Assembly: GCA_040384445.1 (NCBI GenBank)
Contig: JAZKJG010000001.1
Span: 7,650 to 71,649, forward strand
Length of the DNA stretch: 64,000 nucleotides
Reading direction: 5' to 3'
Source of the DNA: Patescibacteria group bacterium
GTDB taxonomy: Bacteria > Patescibacteriota > Minisyncoccia > Phycocordibacterales > CAIZLB01
The position numbers and the translations under genes are program-made. The notes under the pieces were generated by a model. It worked only from the letters and a program-made list of their open reading frames with translations. It did no database searches and had not been told where the DNA came from. Each line of letters begins with the position of its first letter. The first letter of the stretch is position 1. Below are positions 35,663-44,784 of the stretch, in pieces.

Positions 35663-36214
35663 TCATTTGCCTGACAACACTTTATCAAAGAGTCCGGCAA
35701 GATTACCAATGGCAGGTTGAGGAGCAGGTGGTTCGACAATAATTACTTTTACTTGTGTTACTACGAACTCAGGAAGTGTTGCTGCAATCTGATTTCTCAG
35801 TCGAGCTATCTGCATGATCCCTGCTTCCTTATGTTCGGAAGATGCTTTTCTGTGGGCAAACTCATCTTTGGATTCAAAGTTGGCTTCGGCTTTGAACCAG
35901 GAATATTTTCTTTTTTCTTTTTTACCAAGCTCGAAAGGCTCTCCGTTCTGTTGAGGAATAAATCCTCTGAGAAAACTTTTTGTCAAAGCTTGTACTGCTT
36001 CTCGTTCATTTCCGCCTTGTTTGAACAGTTCGGACAAGTGCATGCTGTGTGGTCCAATACCGACGGCAACAGTTGCAACGCAGGGGAAACAGAAGGCTAA
36101 AATAAGCATGTCTTGTGTGGCATCGTACCCACGAGGAATATGAATATCCTTTTCCAGTCCATTACGTAACCAGTAAATCAAATCTGGGCGACCACTAATT
36201 AGTTTTGATTCCAT
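35663..36214 (-). CDS. Hypothetical protein (183 aa), no family recognised
   Basis: ORF with protein-like composition. Terminator hairpin downstream on the minus strand. Preceded by a long structured leader ending in its own terminator. Confidence 0.5.
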   Translation of the reverse strand: MESKLISGRPDLIYWLRNGLEKDIHIPRGYDATQDMLILAFCFPCVATVAVGIGPHSMHLSELFKQGGNEREAVQALTKSFLRGFIPQQNGEPFELGKKEKRKYSWFKAEANFESKDEFAHRKASSEHKEAGIMQIARLRNQIAATLPEFVVTQVKVIIVEPPAPQPAIGNLAGLFDKVLSGK

Positions 36215-36302
36215 ACAAAGTTCTTTCTATTGTTGAGTTGAATTGACTATTTGTATAATACTATTAATTACTATATTTGTCAAATTTAATAATGAATATG
36301 GC

Positions 36303-36341
36303 AAAATAAAAAACCCGCAGCCCTGGTGAGAAGGCTGCGGG
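36303..36341 (-). terminator. Intrinsic terminator on the minus strand (9-bp GC-rich stem cccgcagcc/ggctgcggg + U-tract)
   Basis: On the minus strand the hairpin is followed by ttttttatttt (plus-strand aaaataaaaaa at 36304-36313). Confidence 0.7.
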
Positions 36342-36636
36342 TAAACTATTTCGAGTACATGCCTGTAAAGGTTGTCGTTTACTTTAGTTTATTGGGAAAA
36401 TGTGCAAGGTTTACGGTGATGAATCTTCATCGGGCGCAGTATCGATTGAGGCGATCAGGGGTCCCAAAACCACCTCCCCTCTTATTTGTAGTCGTAGACG
36501 TGGTTGTGGGTGTATCCGGGTAGAAAATTACCCGATGGCGTTGACGCAGACGATTGGATGTCATAGTCGTATTGGCTATATGGAAATGGAGACTGTCAGA
36601 GTCGACCGTGCAAGAAACAAGGTTCTCGTAAGCTCC
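36303..36636 (-). ncRNA. Candidate ~330-nt minus-strand leader RNA / riboregulator or stand-alone ncRNA (class unknown)
   Basis: Bounded by a consensus promoter (36644-36672) and a strong intrinsic terminator (36303-36341). GC ~48% versus ~38% background. Multiple local hairpins, for example aucggguaauuuucuacccggau. Confidence 0.4.
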
Positions 36637-36643
36637 ATCCGTC

Positions 36644-36672
36644 AGTATATGACCCTGCAATCCGTATGTCAA
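36644..36672 (-). promoter_or_regulatory. sigma70-type promoter on the minus strand: TTGACA-17 nt-TATACT
   Basis: Reverse complement of 36644-36672 reads ttgaca tacggattgcagggtca tatact. Perfect -35, 17-nt spacer, 5/6 -10. Confidence 0.6.
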
Positions 36673-36708
36673 CTATTTTCTATAAATAGCAAACGATACA
36701 ATATATCC

Positions 36709-38412
36709 ATGCAACCCCACAAAACAAAAAACAAGGTACTGAGTACTAAGAGTAGAAAATATATTTTTGTCATCGGTGGGGTAATGTCGGGAGTTGGAAA
36801 AGGAATCGCTACAAGTTCTATTGGTCTCATTTTAAAGTCTAAAGGTTATAAAATAAATTTAATAAAAGCTGACCCATACCTCAACGTCGATGCGGGAACT
36901 ATGAATCCCACAGAACACGGTGAGGTTTTTGTTATGCAGAACGGACTTGAGACTGATCAGGATATGGGAAACTATGAACGTTTTTTAAATGAAGATATTA
37001 GTCAGTTGAACTATATGACAAGTGGAATGGTATATAAGTCGGTGATCGATAGAGAACGGGCGCTCGGATACGGAGGAAAATGTGTAGAAGCAATTCCACA
37101 TGTTCGAGATGAAATTATTTCTCGATTTGAAAAAACAGCAAACGAACACGATAGTGATATTACGCTTGTTGAGATTGGGGGAACTATTGGTGACTATCAA
37201 AACGTGATGTTTATGGAAGCGGCACGAACCATGAAAATTCAACACCCAAAAGATGTGATTGTGATTGTTGTATCGTATGTTCCAATTCCAGGAACAATAG
37301 GTGAGATGAAATCAAAGCCAACCCAAAATGCTATTCGACAGTTAAATGGATATGGTTTGCATGCTGATTTTGTGATTGCACGAAGTGAAGTACCACTGGA
37401 CGAAAAACGAAAAGAAAAAATTGCAGTATCATGCAACGTTCCTCAGCAAAATGTAATCTCTGCACCAGACATTAAAAGTATTTATGATGTGCCAATAAAC
37501 TTTGAAAAAGATAAAATTGCAGATGCTCTCCTTGAGAGTTTGTATATGGATGCTTCTAAGGTAGGAAAAGCTGCTCGGGAAAAAGGTGCAGAGCTATGGA
37601 AAGGCTGGAATTCATTTGTGAAAAAAGTACATGCAAAAAGAACTAAGACTGTTCGTATTGCGATGATTGGAAAATACTTTGATAGCGGTGACTTTACGTT
37701 GTCTGACTCCTATCTATCTGTTATAGAGGCACTTAAGACTGCTGCAGCACACGCTGGAGCACAGATTGAGATAGAGTGGATTGACAGTAAGAAGATTGAG
37801 AAAGGAACGGTTAAATTATCTGAAGTATTTAAACGATGTGGAGGATTAATTGTTCCTGGAGGATTCGGTACGACTGGTGTTGAAGGGATTCTTTCGGCAA
37901 TTCAGTATGTTCGAGAGAAGAAAATTCCATTCCTTGGGATTTGTTATGGAATGCAACTTGCGGTTATCGAATATGCACGAACAGTTTGCAAATTAAAAGG
38001 AGCACATACAACAGAGATTGAAAAAACTGCAGCACATAAAATTGTAGATATTATGGAATCTCAGAAAAGTAATTTAACACAGTTCGTTATGGGAGGAAGT
38101 ATGAGGCTTGGTTCGTATACATGTAAATTAGCGAAGGGAAGTTTGTGTGAAAAATTATATAAATCAAATTCTGTAATTGAAAGACATAGGCATCGATATG
38201 AAGTTAATAATGAATATGTTCCACAGTTGGAGAAGGCGGGGTTGGTATTTTCTGGAACTTCACCGGACGGAAAGTTGATGGAGATGATTGAGTTGCCTAC
38301 AAGTAAACATCCGTATTTTACTGCGACTCAAGCACATCCTGAGTTTCGTTCAAGACCAGTAGGTAGTCATCCGCTTTTTGATGGGTTGATTAAGGCGGTG
38401 ATGGGGAGATAA
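36709..38412 (+). CDS. pyrG: CTP synthase (567 aa; start chosen at the ATG matching the conserved N-terminus, not the upstream in-frame ATG at 36400)
   Basis: The KYIFVIGGVMSGVGKGI P-loop-like N-terminus typical of PyrG. C-terminal glutamine amidotransferase block LGICYGMQ with catalytic Cys and HPEF. Confidence 0.9.
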   Translation: MQPHKTKNKVLSTKSRKYIFVIGGVMSGVGKGIATSSIGLILKSKGYKINLIKADPYLNVDAGTMNPTEHGEVFVMQNGLETDQDMGNYERFLNEDISQLNYMTSGMVYKSVIDRERALGYGGKCVEAIPHVRDEIISRFEKTANEHDSDITLVEIGGTIGDYQNVMFMEAARTMKIQHPKDVIVIVVSYVPIPGTIGEMKSKPTQNAIRQLNGYGLHADFVIARSEVPLDEKRKEKIAVSCNVPQQNVISAPDIKSIYDVPINFEKDKIADALLESLYMDASKVGKAAREKGAELWKGWNSFVKKVHAKRTKTVRIAMIGKYFDSGDFTLSDSYLSVIEALKTAAAHAGAQIEIEWIDSKKIEKGTVKLSEVFKRCGGLIVPGGFGTTGVEGILSAIQYVREKKIPFLGICYGMQLAVIEYARTVCKLKGAHTTEIEKTAAHKIVDIMESQKSNLTQFVMGGSMRLGSYTCKLAKGSLCEKLYKSNSVIERHRHRYEVNNEYVPQLEKAGLVFSGTSPDGKLMEMIELPTSKHPYFTATQAHPEFRSRPVGSHPLFDGLIKAVMGR

Positions 38413-38428
38413 ATGATATACTAATTCG

Positions 38429-39151
38429 ATGAATCCTAAAATAAAATATTCTTTGATTACTCTTTTAATTATTATTGTGATCACTTTATCATTCGGGATA
38501 ATTCGAATGTACTTGTTAGTTAAGAAAACAAAAGTTCTCATAAAAAATGCAGTACCATATGAACGATCACTTCCAGAAAGTGATATGAAAATTCTAGTTC
38601 TGGGAGATAGTACAGCATATGGAACGGGATCTCTAAAAAATTCTGAAACAACTGCAGGGAGGCTGGGAGAATTATTTCCACAAGCGGATGTAAAGACTAT
38701 TGTTGAAAATGGACTAAAGCTCGAAGGGTTATTGGAGAAAGTAAGTAGTATTGATCCGAATGAAAAGTATTCTATTATTCTTATTCAAATTGGAGCGAAT
38801 GATATTATTCGACTTACGAATATGAAAGATATAGAAGCTCGTATTGACACGCTTGTTGACAAACTAAGTAAGCAAACCAAGAAGCTTATTTTTATGCATT
38901 CAGGAAATGTGGGTGACTCAGAATTTTTCCCATCTTATGTTCAACCAATTCTTACGAGTAGATCTAATAAGGTTCGAGAAATATATATAAAGACTGCAGA
39001 AAAGCATAACGCATTTTATGTTGATGTAATTGGATCAGATATTCCAAAGATTATAGAAGTTGATCCAAGTAAATATTATGCGAATGATTTACTGCATTTA
39101 TCAGGTGAAGGGTATGGGTTATGGTTTGATGAGATTAGAAAGGGGTTATAA
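38429..39151 (+). CDS. SGNH/GDSL-family hydrolase with N-terminal TM anchor (240 aa)
   Basis: LVLGDSTAYGTG (GDS block I). IQIGANDI (block III). NDLLHLSGEG (D..H block V). Confidence 0.7.
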   Translation: MNPKIKYSLITLLIIIVITLSFGIIRMYLLVKKTKVLIKNAVPYERSLPESDMKILVLGDSTAYGTGSLKNSETTAGRLGELFPQADVKTIVENGLKLEGLLEKVSSIDPNEKYSIILIQIGANDIIRLTNMKDIEARIDTLVDKLSKQTKKLIFMHSGNVGDSEFFPSYVQPILTSRSNKVREIYIKTAEKHNAFYVDVIGSDIPKIIEVDPSKYYANDLLHLSGEGYGLWFDEIRKGL

Positions 39152-39166
39152 TGCTATACTAAACCT

Positions 39167-39568
39167 ATGAAAAAAGGATTCCACACAAACATAGAAAAAG
39201 ACACTATTGAAAATAGTAATTTTAGAAAAGTACTCTACACTGCGAAACATATGCAGTTAGTGTTAATGTCTTTAAAACCAAACGAAGATATTGGTTCTGA
39301 AGTTCATCCTGACAATGATCAATTTTTCCGATTTGATAAAGGAGAAGGAAAGGTGATTGTAGGTGAGACAGAGTATCTTGTAAAAGATGGAGATACTGTT
39401 ATTGTTCCAGCAGGAACTGAACATAATGTGATTAACACATCATCTGATGAGGATTTAAAATTATATACGATATATACACCATCGCATCATAAAGATGGAA
39501 TTGTCCGAGCGACGAAGCAAGAGGCGATGGACAACGAGGAAGATTTTGATGGAGTGACCACGGAGTAA
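39167..39568 (+). CDS. Cupin-domain protein (133 aa)
   Basis: G.EVHPDNDQFF...GEG....GE.EY.VKDGDTVIVPAGTEHNV two-motif cupin signature. Confidence 0.65.
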   Translation: MKKGFHTNIEKDTIENSNFRKVLYTAKHMQLVLMSLKPNEDIGSEVHPDNDQFFRFDKGEGKVIVGETEYLVKDGDTVIVPAGTEHNVINTSSDEDLKLYTIYTPSHHKDGIVRATKQEAMDNEEDFDGVTTE

Positions 39569-39575
39569 AAGAAAA

Positions 39576-39612
39576 GCCCTCACAAGATGTAAAGTCCGTG
39601 AGGGCTTTTCTT
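39576..39612. terminator. Bidirectional intrinsic terminator between convergent genes
   Basis: gccctcac / gtgagggc 8-bp stem with T-runs on both strands. Confidence 0.5.
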
Positions 39613-39628
39613 GTGAGGGCAGTGGAAC

Positions 39629-39970
39629 CTATTTTTTATCCCAAGCTCGTGCGAAAACAACGACATTGCTGTAGTGGAGTCCGTAAGGAGAATCGATATT
39701 CCAGCAAATGTTGTTCTCAGCAATGCTCTGAATGGCGGACTTGAAATTTTCGCTTTCAGGGTTATTTTGTGAGATTTGATACTCACACCATTTCCGAGCT
39801 TTTTGCTTGCACTCATGGCTGATCTCCATTCGTGTGCTGCCGTTTTCGGAAACAAGCACGGTGACTTCCTGGTTCCTTTTGGCGGTTGCTGCTCCTGCCC
39901 TGAAGGCAAAGAGTCCAGAAATAATAATTCCCAAAGCAAATAGTAAACAGTAAATATCCATTTTCTTCAT
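39629..39970 (-). CDS. Small secreted hypothetical protein (113 aa)
   Basis: Clear signal peptide MKKMDIYCLLFALGIIISGLFAFRAGAATA. Preferred over the overlapping out-of-frame ORF 39580-39939. Confidence 0.5.
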   Translation of the reverse strand: MKKMDIYCLLFALGIIISGLFAFRAGAATAKRNQEVTVLVSENGSTRMEISHECKQKARKWCEYQISQNNPESENFKSAIQSIAENNICWNIDSPYGLHYSNVVVFARAWDKK

Positions 39971-40050
39971 GATTGAATGTTGTATACAAATTGTTTGTGA
40001 TCCTTGTACATTATATCATAAACAACACAAAAGTCAACTATAACTCAACC

Positions 40051-40081
40051 AAAAAACCCGAGGGTGCAACTCGGGTTTTTT
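40051..40081. terminator. Bidirectional intrinsic terminator (acccgag-ggtgcaa-ctcgggt flanked by A-run and T-run)
   Basis: Directly downstream of the minus-strand gene ending at 40102. Confidence 0.6.
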
Positions 40082-40101
40082 AGTATCTATCTCAACATTA
40101 A

Positions 40102-41010
40102 TTAAAATGGAGAGTAGATAACGTATTCTGCAGAAGTCTGAACATTTCCACTTACATCAGTTGATTGTAAGATAAGAAATCTTGGAGTTGTTGAAGCTAA
40201 TAGAGGTAAATCAAATGAATGATTTGTCTGTAGTGTTGATGAACTCATGTTTGGAGACGTATTTACATTGAGTGAACTTGTTCCATAGAATAGTTTTGAT
40301 GTTGCAGGCTCATTTGTTTTCCATGAGATCTTCAATAGGTTTGAAGTGATTGCAGTCATGATGTTACTAATCACTGGAGCAGTTGTATCACTTGAAGTAG
40401 ATGTTGTGAATGAGTTAACTCCAGATAGAGTTACATTTCCAGAACTATCTCGAACAGCAAGTACTACGTAGTATGTTGTGTTTGGAATTAGATTTCGTAG
40501 TACTACTGAACCGTTAGTTCGTACTCCTACTTCATCTACCATACTCATACTTCCGTTTGTACTGTATACACTGTTAAGCATTCCTCCTGTTGAGGTTGTA
40601 GTTGCTTTTACAAGTACTGGTGTAGTTGTTCCGTAAAATACAACACCTCGAGTTTTTTCATTTGTAGTCCAGTTTGTGTCAGCTCGTACACTTTGTGGAT
40701 TTACATTAAATGAGTTAATTACTGGAGCAACTGTATCAACAGTTGATGATGCGTGTGGAATATAGTTTAACTTTTTAAAGATTCCGTATGGAAGCTTACA
40801 GTTGGCAGAAATAGAGATTTCTCCTTTGTTTTCTTTCCAACCATTTTTTATAAGCTGTCCGAATGCATGGACACATGTATTGTTTTTCTTATTTTCTTTT
40901 TTGTCTTTGTCATGTTCCTTCGCGAAGCCTAGCGCAGGAGTCAGAACGAGTGCGAGCATGAAAGCTAGACTTGTTATAGTTTTTACTTTTGTATTGCGTA
41001 TTATTTTCAT
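40102..41010 (-). CDS. Secreted protein with two FN3-like domains (302 aa)
   Basis: Signal peptide. Repeated TVAPVI..F.V.P......W.T.E.T...V.YGT / TTAPVISN......L.ISWKTNEPATSKLFYGTS segments. Confidence 0.6.
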   Translation of the reverse strand: MKIIRNTKVKTITSLAFMLALVLTPALGFAKEHDKDKKENKKNNTCVHAFGQLIKNGWKENKGEISISANCKLPYGIFKKLNYIPHASSTVDTVAPVINSFNVNPQSVRADTNWTTNEKTRGVVFYGTTTPVLVKATTTSTGGMLNSVYSTNGSMSMVDEVGVRTNGSVVLRNLIPNTTYYVVLAVRDSSGNVTLSGVNSFTTSTSSDTTAPVISNIMTAITSNLLKISWKTNEPATSKLFYGTSSLNVNTSPNMSSSTLQTNHSFDLPLLASTTPRFLILQSTDVSGNVQTSAEYVIYSPF

Positions 41011-41140
41011 ATGTTTATTTTATGTAGGTATTTAGTTGATAAATAATTGCACATATCTTTGCCCTACATAGGTTATGACGGGTGGGGGTGACAACTCTTA
41101 CATGCTATGTAAGAATGAGCATATTGACACGTCTCTATAT

Positions 41141-41662
41141 ATGAAGCAACAACATATGACCCAAAAATTCATAGACCTTCACAATGCAAACTCAGATGCG
41201 CTCTTTCGCTACTGCTACTTCAGGGTGTCTGACAGGGAACAGGCTGTTGACCTAGTTCAGGAGACGTTTTTGAAGCTCTGGGATGCCTTTGTGAAGGATT
41301 CTACAGAGATTAAGAATGCCAGAGCCTTACTCTATAAAATAGCCTCAAACCTTATTATAGATTGGTATAGAAAGAAGAAGGCTGTATCCTTGGATGAACT
41401 CCTTGATTTCGAACAGACGGAAGCATATCTCAATCTTGCTGATGGATCTCACGAAATGATGGAAATTGAAAGTGATGGAAAAAAAGCGCTTCAGTACATT
41501 TCAAAACTTGAACCAACATATCAACGCGTCGTCTATCTGCGATATGTAGAAGATCTATCGCCAAAAGAAATTGCAGAAGTTGTCGGACTCTCAGTCAATG
41601 TTGTCTCGGTACGAATTAATAGAGGGATACAAGAATTAAAAAAAATATATGGATTACAATAA
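41141..41662 (+). CDS. ECF-type RNA polymerase sigma-70 family factor (start set at MKQQHMT; ORF is open from 41075)
   Basis: Region 2 (DLVQETFLKLWDAF) and region 4 HTH (YQRVVYLRYVEDLSPKEIAEVVGLSVNVVSVRINRGIQELKK). Confidence 0.8.
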   Translation: MKQQHMTQKFIDLHNANSDALFRYCYFRVSDREQAVDLVQETFLKLWDAFVKDSTEIKNARALLYKIASNLIIDWYRKKKAVSLDELLDFEQTEAYLNLADGSHEMMEIESDGKKALQYISKLEPTYQRVVYLRYVEDLSPKEIAEVVGLSVNVVSVRINRGIQELKKIYGLQ

Positions 41663-42332
41663 CCCATTTAAAAAAGGAATACATGATATTAAAAAACTTT
41701 CTCTTTCTACACATGAAAAAGAGAGTATGTTGGCTCGTTTGACGCAACATACTGTAAACAGTCCAATCAAAGAAGCGTTGAGATCAACGTGGTTTACGTT
41801 TGCATATAAACACACCTATGCTTTGGCGCTTGCTGCTGTGGTGGTTATTATTGGTGGAAATATTTCATATGCTGCAGCACAGTCGTTGCCAGGAGATTTA
41901 CTGTATCCGATTAAGATTCATGTAAATGAAAAAGTACAGGGAGTTTTGAAGATTACTCCAAAAGCTACGGCAAAATGGGAAGAAAAGAAAATAGAAAAAA
42001 GACTTGATGAAGTAAATACACTTGTTGAGAAAGGAAAATTTGATTCTGAAAAAAGAATACAGGTTGAGAAAGAGGTGAAGAAAAATGTTGATACAATTCG
42101 TAAACAAAAAAATAACTCTAAAAATGTAAACCTATCAGAAACAGTTGATGTGAAGCTGAAGAAAAATCAGCAAAACAATGAGGTAAAGATTCTTGAAGGA
42201 AAAATTCAAGACGAATTAAAATCATTCAAAAACAAGGATACAGACGAAGACAAAGAAAACAAAAAGGAAGAAAAGGTTAAGCTGAAACTTGACCGTCAGA
42301 ATCTTTTTGAGCAATCAAAGCATCAAGAGTAA
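41649..42332 (+). CDS. Putative anti-sigma factor, single-pass membrane protein with Lys-rich extracytoplasmic domain (227 aa)
   Basis: Overlaps the sigma gene by 14 nt. ~55-aa cytoplasmic N-terminus, TM helix ALALAAVVVIIGGNISYAAA, coiled-coil-like K/E-rich tail. Confidence 0.5.
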   Translation: MDYNNPFKKGIHDIKKLSLSTHEKESMLARLTQHTVNSPIKEALRSTWFTFAYKHTYALALAAVVVIIGGNISYAAAQSLPGDLLYPIKIHVNEKVQGVLKITPKATAKWEEKKIEKRLDEVNTLVEKGKFDSEKRIQVEKEVKKNVDTIRKQKNNSKNVNLSETVDVKLKKNQQNNEVKILEGKIQDELKSFKNKDTDEDKENKKEEKVKLKLDRQNLFEQSKHQE

Positions 42333-42687
42333 ATCCATCTTTTCCGTGAAGGAAAACAGCAACAGCTGCAACTGCTATTCCAAAGTCTCGCACGCCGGTG
42401 GCATCAAATCCTACAATATATACAATCTCGAACATATGAAGTGCAAGCAGTAGTGCTGCCGTCCGTGTCCAAAATCCAAGTAGTAGTGCAGTACCAAAGA
42501 CGATTTCAAAGATACCATTTAAAAGCACAAGCGTCTCTGCATTTATCTTACTTAGATTCACGATACTTTCAGGTACATACAATACCCACTGTACCTGATC
42601 TGAAACCTGACTATATCCAAACCAGAGGAATACAAGTGATATTCCGATTCTAAGTATTGTTGGTGCGAGATATGCAAATTTATTCAT
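42277..42687 (-). CDS. DoxX-family membrane protein (136 aa)
   Basis: LRIGISLVFLWFGYSQV N-terminal DoxX signature. Four TM helices. Confidence 0.7.
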   Translation of the reverse strand: MNKFAYLAPTILRIGISLVFLWFGYSQVSDQVQWVLYVPESIVNLSKINAETLVLLNGIFEIVFGTALLLGFWTRTAALLLALHMFEIVYIVGFDATGVRDFGIAVAAVAVFLHGKDGFTLDALIAQKDSDGQVSA

Positions 42688-42707
42688 ATCTACATTCTAC
42701 CATACTG

Positions 42708-43574
42708 CTAAAACAAACTTCCAGGAAAATTTGGAGAAATAAAAGCGGATCCATCAGCTCGAACAAGAATATACTCAAAAGACACTGAACCTTTTAGTTT
42801 TTCCGGATCAGTAAAAAAGAGGGCGGTTGTTAATCCGTCAGCGAGCATGGTTGAATCTGCAACAACCCAGATCGCAATAATATCTCTTGGAGATTCTTGA
42901 GTTTCTGGATTGATAATGTGATGATACTTATTCCATGCTCGTCGATTACCTGAAGAACCACAAATACTACAATTTAAAATTTCTGCAATCCCTATGGCCT
43001 GTTCTGGATTTTCCGGGTGTTCTAATCCTACGCGAATTGCTTCGCCTCGGTGATGCATATCTCCTCCAGCATCCACTGTAAAATCTTGAATACCAGCAGC
43101 CATTATCATTTCACTTACAACATCTACAATATATCCTTTTCCGAGTGCCCCAAAATCAAGTTGAATCGGAACAAATGTTGTGAGTGTATTTGTTTCGTCA
43201 TCATATTTCATAACATTATCCCACAACAGAGTTGGTTGAATAATTTCTTTCGGAGTGAGGGAATACTCTGGATCATATCCAGTATCTACAAGTGTCTGAC
43301 CGATAAGCGGTGTAACTTTTCCATCTGAAAGATCATACAGTTTTCTGTACATGCCAAAAAGTATTTTTCCGTCTGGGGGAAATTGATAGATACCAGCCTC
43401 ATCTGAAATTTGTGTTACGAGCGAATCTTTTCTAAATCGTGAGTATTGAGATTCAAACAGTTCGATTCGCCCACGTATTGCAGAAAAAATACTGGAAGTA
43501 TCAGGTGTACTCTCAGTATCTTTAATGTCTATCTGCCAAGTTGTGCCAATCGCTTTGAATGTTTGGCTTGGCAT
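42708..43574 (-). CDS. apbE: FAD:protein FMN transferase (ApbE family), 288 aa
   Basis: Family-typical length and blocks: TTWQI (N-terminal beta-strand), GALGKGYIVD, DAGGDM. Confidence 0.8.
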   Translation of the reverse strand: MPSQTFKAIGTTWQIDIKDTESTPDTSSIFSAIRGRIELFESQYSRFRKDSLVTQISDEAGIYQFPPDGKILFGMYRKLYDLSDGKVTPLIGQTLVDTGYDPEYSLTPKEIIQPTLLWDNVMKYDDETNTLTTFVPIQLDFGALGKGYIVDVVSEMIMAAGIQDFTVDAGGDMHHRGEAIRVGLEHPENPEQAIGIAEILNCSICGSSGNRRAWNKYHHIINPETQESPRDIIAIWVVADSTMLADGLTTALFFTDPEKLKGSVSFEYILVRADGSAFISPNFPGSLF

Positions 43575-43579
43575 ATGAA

Positions 43580-44089
43580 CTATATTCGCTGTGCGTCGTC
43601 TTTAATTTTTCCTAGTGCATCGTTGAATCCAATTGGAGTAAGTGATGAACCAGATACTTTTGTAAGTGTAAGAGATGAAATATTTTTTCCAATAACTTGA
43701 GTTCTGTATCCTGCTGCAAATTGCTCCTGCATTTTGATTGAGATTGCGTTTTCAGCAAGTCCTTTAAATGTAGCATCTGTTACAATATCATTTTCAATCA
43801 CAACAGAAACGTTTACTTGCTCTTTTCCTGCTGGAGACGTATATGTTCCTGTTGCAGAATATGTACCATTTTTAAATGCGGTAACCGCTGTTGAAGTTCC
43901 TGTAGTGGTTGTAGTAGTAATAGTGGTTGTTGCAGCTCCAGTTGAATTCTCGTCTTGGGTTACAGGTGGTAACTCGTCTTTTTTACCGTTCAGTGCTAAT
44001 GCAACAGCTCCTGCTGCAAGTCCAAGAAAGATAAGGAAGCCAATAATTGATTTTGTGTTTGAATTTGATGTGTTTTCCATATTTTTCAT
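43580..44089 (-). CDS. FMN-binding domain protein, membrane-anchored with Thr-rich linker (start set at MKNMENT)
   Basis: N-terminal TM. TTTITTTTTTGT linker. C-terminal ~100 aa resembling NqrC/RnfG-type FMN-binding domains (candidate flavinylation threonines in YSATGTYTSPAG). Adjacent to apbE. Confidence 0.55.
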   Translation of the reverse strand: MKNMENTSNSNTKSIIGFLIFLGLAAGAVALALNGKKDELPPVTQDENSTGAATTTITTTTTTGTSTAVTAFKNGTYSATGTYTSPAGKEQVNVSVVIENDIVTDATFKGLAENAISIKMQEQFAAGYRTQVIGKNISSLTLTKVSGSSLTPIGFNDALGKIKDDAQRI

Positions 44090-44139
44090 TATACGCACAT
44101 ATACTACTTTTTTCAAACAATTAGGGGTATACTGTATAC

Positions 44140-44703
44140 ATGCAAACAACAAACACAAACAAAATAGCTATTGCGGTTATATTAATAGTTTTAATTGGTC
44201 TAGTGGTGTATGTAGGTACAAAATCTGATGGTGTGACAAATACTGATGGAACAGCTACAACAACAGTAAGTACTTCAACAACTAATGGAACAAATAATTC
44301 AAAGGGTGGTGTTACAGCAAAACCAGGACAAATTATTACAGTTACACCAAAACAAAACCCTCTTGCTGGTACAAGTTGGATTTGGACAGATACAATTTTT
44401 ATGAATAAGGCAACAAACATGATTCCAGCAAAATCAAAATTTGTGATTACGTTTGGAACAGATGGAGCAGTAACAAGTTCAACTGACTGTAACTCTGTTG
44501 CAGGAAGATATGCAGTAAATAACGATAGGATGAATATCGTTTCTCTTACATCTACACTTATGGCATGTCAGGGAGCAACACTTGAAGCAGAGTATGTTAA
44601 ACAGCTTTCTCAAGTTACAAACTATACATTTGAAAGTTTGAACGAACTTGATCTTGTTGTAGCAAATGGTACATCAACAATGTCATTTACTCGACGACAG
44701 TAA
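44140..44703 (+). CDS. META-domain (HslJ-like, DUF306) protein with N-terminal TM anchor (187 aa)
   Basis: TM helix. Thr-rich linker. WIWTDT...FGTDGAV...CN..AGRY......M.I..LTSTLMAC pattern typical of META domains. Confidence 0.5.
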   Translation: MQTTNTNKIAIAVILIVLIGLVVYVGTKSDGVTNTDGTATTTVSTSTTNGTNNSKGGVTAKPGQIITVTPKQNPLAGTSWIWTDTIFMNKATNMIPAKSKFVITFGTDGAVTSSTDCNSVAGRYAVNNDRMNIVSLTSTLMACQGATLEAEYVKQLSQVTNYTFESLNELDLVVANGTSTMSFTRRQ

Positions 44704-44784
44704 TTTTAAAGTCTTATAAATTCTTTAAAACCTCACTCTGGAACACCCAGGGTGGGGTTTTGGTATTTATGGTACAATCGATTT

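Noticed and set aside
36303-36636. tmRNA, RNase P RNA or SRP RNA identity for the minus-strand RNA
   Set aside because: No tRNA-like T-loop (GGUUCGAUUCC-type) or 3' CCA context, no GGAAAGUCC / ACAGAAACCCGGCUUA P4 strands, and no GGAA-tetraloop domain IV motif of SRP RNA could be found by eye.
36400-36708. In-frame upstream ATG that would give PyrG a ~100-aa N-terminal extension (MCKVYGDESSSGAVSIEAIRGPKTT...)
   Set aside because: The composition is Cys/Arg/Ser-rich and not protein-like. The conserved PyrG N-terminus (KYIFVIGGV...) begins right after the ATG at 36709. The region is GC-enriched and carries a minus-strand promoter and terminator, so it is better explained as structured RNA. The open frame is probably chance, favoured by the higher GC content.
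39580-39939. Alternative minus-strand ORF (119 aa) overlapping 39629-39970 in another frame
   Set aside because: It lacks the signal peptide and has odd composition. The 39629-39970 frame encodes a clean signal peptide and is preferred.
44704-44751. Terminator downstream of the META-domain gene
   Set aside because: A possible aaaacctcac/gtggggtttt pairing exists, but it has a 15-nt loop and a weak U-tract, and it overlaps the GTG-initiated extension of the ABC transporter ORF. Too uncertain to call.
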